A DNA stretch of 64,000 bases from Vitrella brassicaformis CCMP3155 (taxonomy: Eukaryota > Protista > Chromerida): the NCBI GenBank assembly GCA_001179505.1, contig CDMY01000954.1, positions 1 to 64,000 on the forward strand. The letters are read 5' to 3'. A program made the translations under genes and the position numbers. Under the pieces are notes generated by a model. The model searched no databases. It saw only the letters and a program-made list of their open reading frames with translations, and was not told the DNA's origin. This document shows, piece by piece, positions 59,901-64,000 of this stretch; the stretch's first letter is position 1, and each line of letters opens with the position of its first letter.

Positions 59901-62900
59901 CCAGGCAGTCAGTCGTCAACCGAAAGGAATGCGACTTCATATTCGCATCTCGCCACCAATGCTTTGTGTCTGTCTGTGGTCAGTCTGATTGGTGCTATGG
60001 TGTACGTGGGCATGTCGTCTGTGCACTACAGCAACAACACCCTCTGCGGCACCGTGCACGAGAACACCACGGCCGTCATTGGCCTCACGTGCAACACGAC
60101 TGTGTCAGGGCGGTATGTGTGGATCGTCAACGGCTTGGGGGGACAGCAGCAAAGCAACTCATTCTGTGTGAGGTCGAGGCATATGCGGGTACGTCAGCAG
60201 GCAGACAAAGATACACGTGTGCATTTCACGTCGATGCTGCTCACATCATTGCCTGGATTCTGTCTCTTGCAGGTGGCCGATCGAGTATGTCGCTGGCCGT
60301 CAAGCAAATAGAGGCACTATAAACCGCAGCTGCATCCATTCGATCTTTCCCGCTGTGCTCTCTTCATCAGATTTGGCAAGTGGCAAGACAGCCTTTCAGG
60401 AGCCGCACACCGACCGCGGCCAGGACTGGTCGCCACAGCATGCCATCGACGGCGATTATACAACGATCGACGAGGGTGGCTCGTGCGCACACACATCAGA
60501 CCTTCAACCATCTGACGCCCCGTGGTGGGCCGTCGACCTGGGAGACGAACGAACTATCGACGTCGTCCGTGTCTTCACACGAGACCCCACAACCAAGTGG
60601 AATGAGAGGTGAGTGACGGATGATTGGCGAAAGAGCAAGGAGTGGATGGGGGGACGGATGGAAGGACAAATGCTTGCTGTTCTGCAGGCTGTGGGGCGTC
60701 CAGGTGCGCATTGGTCCGTCGCGCAACTGGAAAGACAACGACTTGTGCGGGTCGCTGCCCAGTCCAATGGCCAACAGCAGCGCGCAACAGATGTGGTACG
60801 ACATCGGATGTGACATGCAGGGCCAGTTTGTGTTCCTGGTGGGCGGCAAGGAGCAGACGGCCAACGACATGAACGATGGCATCCTCGATGTCTGCGAAGT
60901 GGAAGTCTACGGTCAGGGAAGCACTATGACAATCAAAATACATCGACGGGTCTATTTGTGTGTGATTCAAGCGTTCCATGATTGATGCATGAGTTCAGGT
61001 CCGTGCGGCGATGGCTACTTGGCACCGATTGCTTATGAGGAGGTAAGCATGCCAGACGAGAGAGGAGAATGTGTCCTGTTGTCATGATATCTGCATTGAT
61101 GATGCGACCGCAGTGTGACGACAAGAACGTTTTGTCGGACGACGGCTGCTCGTACGACTGCAAGGTGGAACCGGGCTGGTTCTGCACCAACCCTCGAGGA
61201 CTCGACAAGCCATCTGTCTGCATGAGTGAGTCATGCACACAGACACAAGAAGACATGCCACGGGTTGGTCCATCCATTTGGCAGGGACAGGGGTTGCCGA
61301 TCAGACGATCCCTTCTCCCATCTCTTTCCTGCAAGCCGATCCGGCGGTCAAGACGAACAGCTTGGGGGTAAGCTGTCCACTCGCCAAGGAGTGAATACGA
61401 GCCAGCCAATATCCGTGTGGACAGAGACCGGTTCCGGGCGATTGCGTCCCTGACGCCACTCGGCACAAGCAGTGCCAGGACGACTGCGCCAAGATCGGCG
61501 GCATTCTGTCGTCCGTCGAGGCACATCCCAACGCATGCTGTCCGAAGGCCTGCGGCACGTGTGGTGGGGAAGACTGTTACGACAGGCCAGGTCGGTACGA
61601 CTGCTGTGCGGGATCAATTGAAGACAAAGAGGACATGTGCGAGGCCACGGACAAGCCGCCCTGCCTAATTGAGGGCGACACCCATATCCGGCTATCCACA
61701 ACACCTCAACCCACGAAAGAACCTGAGGGCGAGACCAAACAGCCAGTTGAGAGACCAGGTGAGAAGAAGCAGAGAAGGCATGATGAGCTTGGCTGTTCCT
61801 GCTTCTCTGACCTCTTCAGTCAGCCCAGTCCAGGTCGGCGTCACCAAAACTGATAAGAGAGATTGGGTGACCGTCAAGACTTCCTCCTTCCCCAACCCAG
61901 TATGTCTAGCGGCTGCATACAGACCCATGTTTGAATGACCCCATCAATGGTTGGTTGGTTAATCTTCTGGCTGCAGGTTGTAATTGGCGGATTGCCTGAC
62001 ATGCGTGGTCCTGACGAGGCCGTTGTACGGATCAGAAACGTCAAGCCGGGCTCTTTTGAGTTGAAGCTCGACGAGCCAGCGCCCTGCAGCGACCAAATCC
62101 ACGGAGAGACGCCCATCGACTGGATGGTAGTGGAAGCCGGCGTGTACCCCCTCGACACGGAAATGGGTCTCACAGTGGCCGCCGGCACCGTGCCAGTGGC
62201 TGGAGACAAGAAGTTTGTGCAAGTCGCCTTCCCTCCTGAGGCCTCATTCACCGACGCGCCCATACTCCTCGTTCAAGTGGGTGAAGGGAAAAGGGGGCCA
62301 GACAATTTAAAAGGTCTAAAGCTGTTATATGTGCACATGCAGGTCCAGAGCTACACGAGTGGTCGCGTATTTGTGAAGCAGCGTGTTAAGGGCCTCAGCT
62401 CCAGTGGTTTTGAGGTGGCTCTCGAGACGCAGGGGGAATCACTGGCAGACCCCAAGAACGAAGCCAACTTCGGGCAGGAGGTCCTTGGCTGGGTGGCCTT
62501 CTCATATCCGCAGAAGGGCGTGCTGGAGGTCAAAGAACTGAAGGCAGCGATCATTGCAGGCATCACGGTATGTGACTCGCAGAGAATGTGTGCTTGCATT
62601 TTCCTTTCTCTGCTCATCCATCCATCCCTTCAGCCTGCGGAGGTGGATGAAAAGCCTTACAAGATCAACTTCGGCGCCAGCATGCCGGACGCGCACTTAT
62701 TCGCGTCGATCGTCACCTACAATGGATGGGACGCTGCACGTATGCGCATACACACGTATAGGCGTCTTGCCACCTGACCCACGCACACACACATGGGGCG
62801 CATTGCTGATTTGTTGCAGAGCTGCGTGTTGCCAAGCAGGATGAGCAGGGTGCGGAGATATTCATCCAGGAGGAGACATGCAGCCCATTGTAATCGACCG

Positions 62901-64000
62901 ACCAACCACAGATAGAGCCACATGTCGCCGCTTCACCGTAATTGTCTGTTTGTGTTCTTGCTCATTCAGGGTCCTTCCACACCCGAACAGGGAGAAGGTT
63001 TCGTGGATGGTGAGGCCGAAGTGGTCAGGATACTATATACACCAAGATGTCGGGTGAACTTCTGTCCATGCAGGCCATGGGCGCCCTGGAGTCGACTCCC
63101 CTTACCACAACACAGACGCCAACAACACAAGTGCCCACGACTACTGCCCCACCTGCCGCGACGACTCAGGCGCCATCTTTTGAAACACCGCAGCAAGAAG
63201 GGCAGCCGCCCACCACACAAGCCCCTGGAGAAGAACAAGCCGAGAATGAGGGCAACCAAACCTCTCCGACGGGGCCACCAGAAGCTGGTGCTCCCGCCAA
63301 TGAAACTGCGGCACCGCCCGAGGAGGTGCCCGAGGGCACGCATCCATTCAACAAGACCGAAGAAGAGGAGAAGCTCGACGAGAGAAAACAAGAGCTTGAG
63401 GCCAACGAATCAGAAGAAGGCGCAGAGTCCGAAAAGACAGCCAAGAAGCCTGAGAACGAGACCGCAGCAGTTGCGCCGCCACACGTGCTGCCATCCGAAT
63501 GCCAGCGCAGCCCCCGGCTGCACAAGGCGTGCATCGAGGCATGTGAGGACATCGGTGGGCTGCTGTCCCAAAGTGCGCCGAATCCCAATGCGTGCTGCCC
63601 CAAGACATGCGGCACGTGCGGCAGCAACGACTGTGAGAAGCGCCGAGGCGGTCCCGACAGCTGCTGCCCTGCTAAGATTGTGGCCGCAGGCAAGATATGC
63701 GGGCAGGACACCGACAAGCCGCCGTGTCTCATTGCTGTCGAAGGCGCGTCAGCCAATGAGACAACGGGCGAGCGCAACAGGACAGACCTCGAGGGAAAGC
63801 CTGAAATTGAACCCCCCAAGGAGCCTGTCTGGTTATTCGACTACGCCCGTGCCAGTCATGACCCGGGCCCGCTGATTCCCGATGGGACCATTCGCAAGGT
63901 GCAGTGCCGCCAGTCGGTCGGCTATCGGACATACCAGGGCATGGAACCCGAAGCGCAGATCACGTGCATTGACGGCGTGTGGACATTCCTCCCCCTCATG
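53984..64000 (+). CDS. Giant extracellular protein (3'-incomplete): signal/anchor, LamG-like, Cys knot, about 12 Sushi, 2x fucolectin (FTP/F5-8C), DUF4215, Cys-rich module, 3x beta-repeat, mucin-like linker, Cys-rich module, Sushi; carries three frameshifts as assembled
   Basis: Hand-spliced exons. CGDGVVGGMEECD. Sushi modules. FTP motifs (AYQSS...ASRAVDGN; NLASGKTAFQ...AIDG...PWWAVDLG...CEVEVYG). CGDGY...EECDDKNVLSDDGCSYDC. The last exon is open from 63074 to the window end. Frameshifts at 58294-58307, 58500-58515 and 60137-60142. Confidence 0.85.

Noticed and set aside
1-64000. CRISPR arrays, rRNA genes, prokaryotic operons or terminators
   Set aside because: No regularly spaced repeat-spacer units or rRNA-like sequence seen. 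All tandem repeats are 2-5 nt intronic microsatellites in a spliceosomal gene context.

Overview
Gene-dense, intron-rich eukaryotic nuclear DNA. Short GT-AG introns are packed with (CA/TG)n, (CAGA)n, (GATG)n and (GGCA)n microsatellites. Together with a bipartite plastid-targeting leader and an apicomplexan-type CCp3/LAP1 gene, this points to a chromerid alveolate, most likely Vitrella brassicaformis (inference). I reconstructed 14 spliced protein-coding loci by hand: RING protein, EamA/SLC35G transporter, plastid-targeted membrane protein, DadA-like FAD oxidoreductase, CCp3/LAP1 plus a truncated tandem copy, small secreted orphan, condensin II CAP-G2, a giant LamG/Cys-knot/~22xSushi protein ending in a Hedgehog-type Hint (Hog) domain, a helical-repeat (HPR/OPR-like) protein, RCC1+HECT (HERC-like) ligase, NTF2/SnoaL-like protein, SET-domain protein, and a second giant LamG/Sushi/fucolectin paralog running off the window. 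Also present: the 3' end of a CRE-like non-LTR retrotransposon, an intronic antisense tRNA-Asn(GTT), and two 300-N gaps. Highlights: (1) the Sushi-array-Hog fusion, a candidate self-cleaving, lipid-modified surface protein, and its paralog with a lectin-rich C-terminus instead; (2) hidden coding lesions in both giant genes (one in-frame TAG; 7-nt and 8-nt micro-duplications; a -1 at a G6 run); (3) a CCp3 duplicate that lost ~4.3 kb by an intron-to-intron junction in TG repeats; (4) a recurrent TGCGAGCTNAG motif in five short promoter regions. Exon boundaries are manual and unverified by transcripts.
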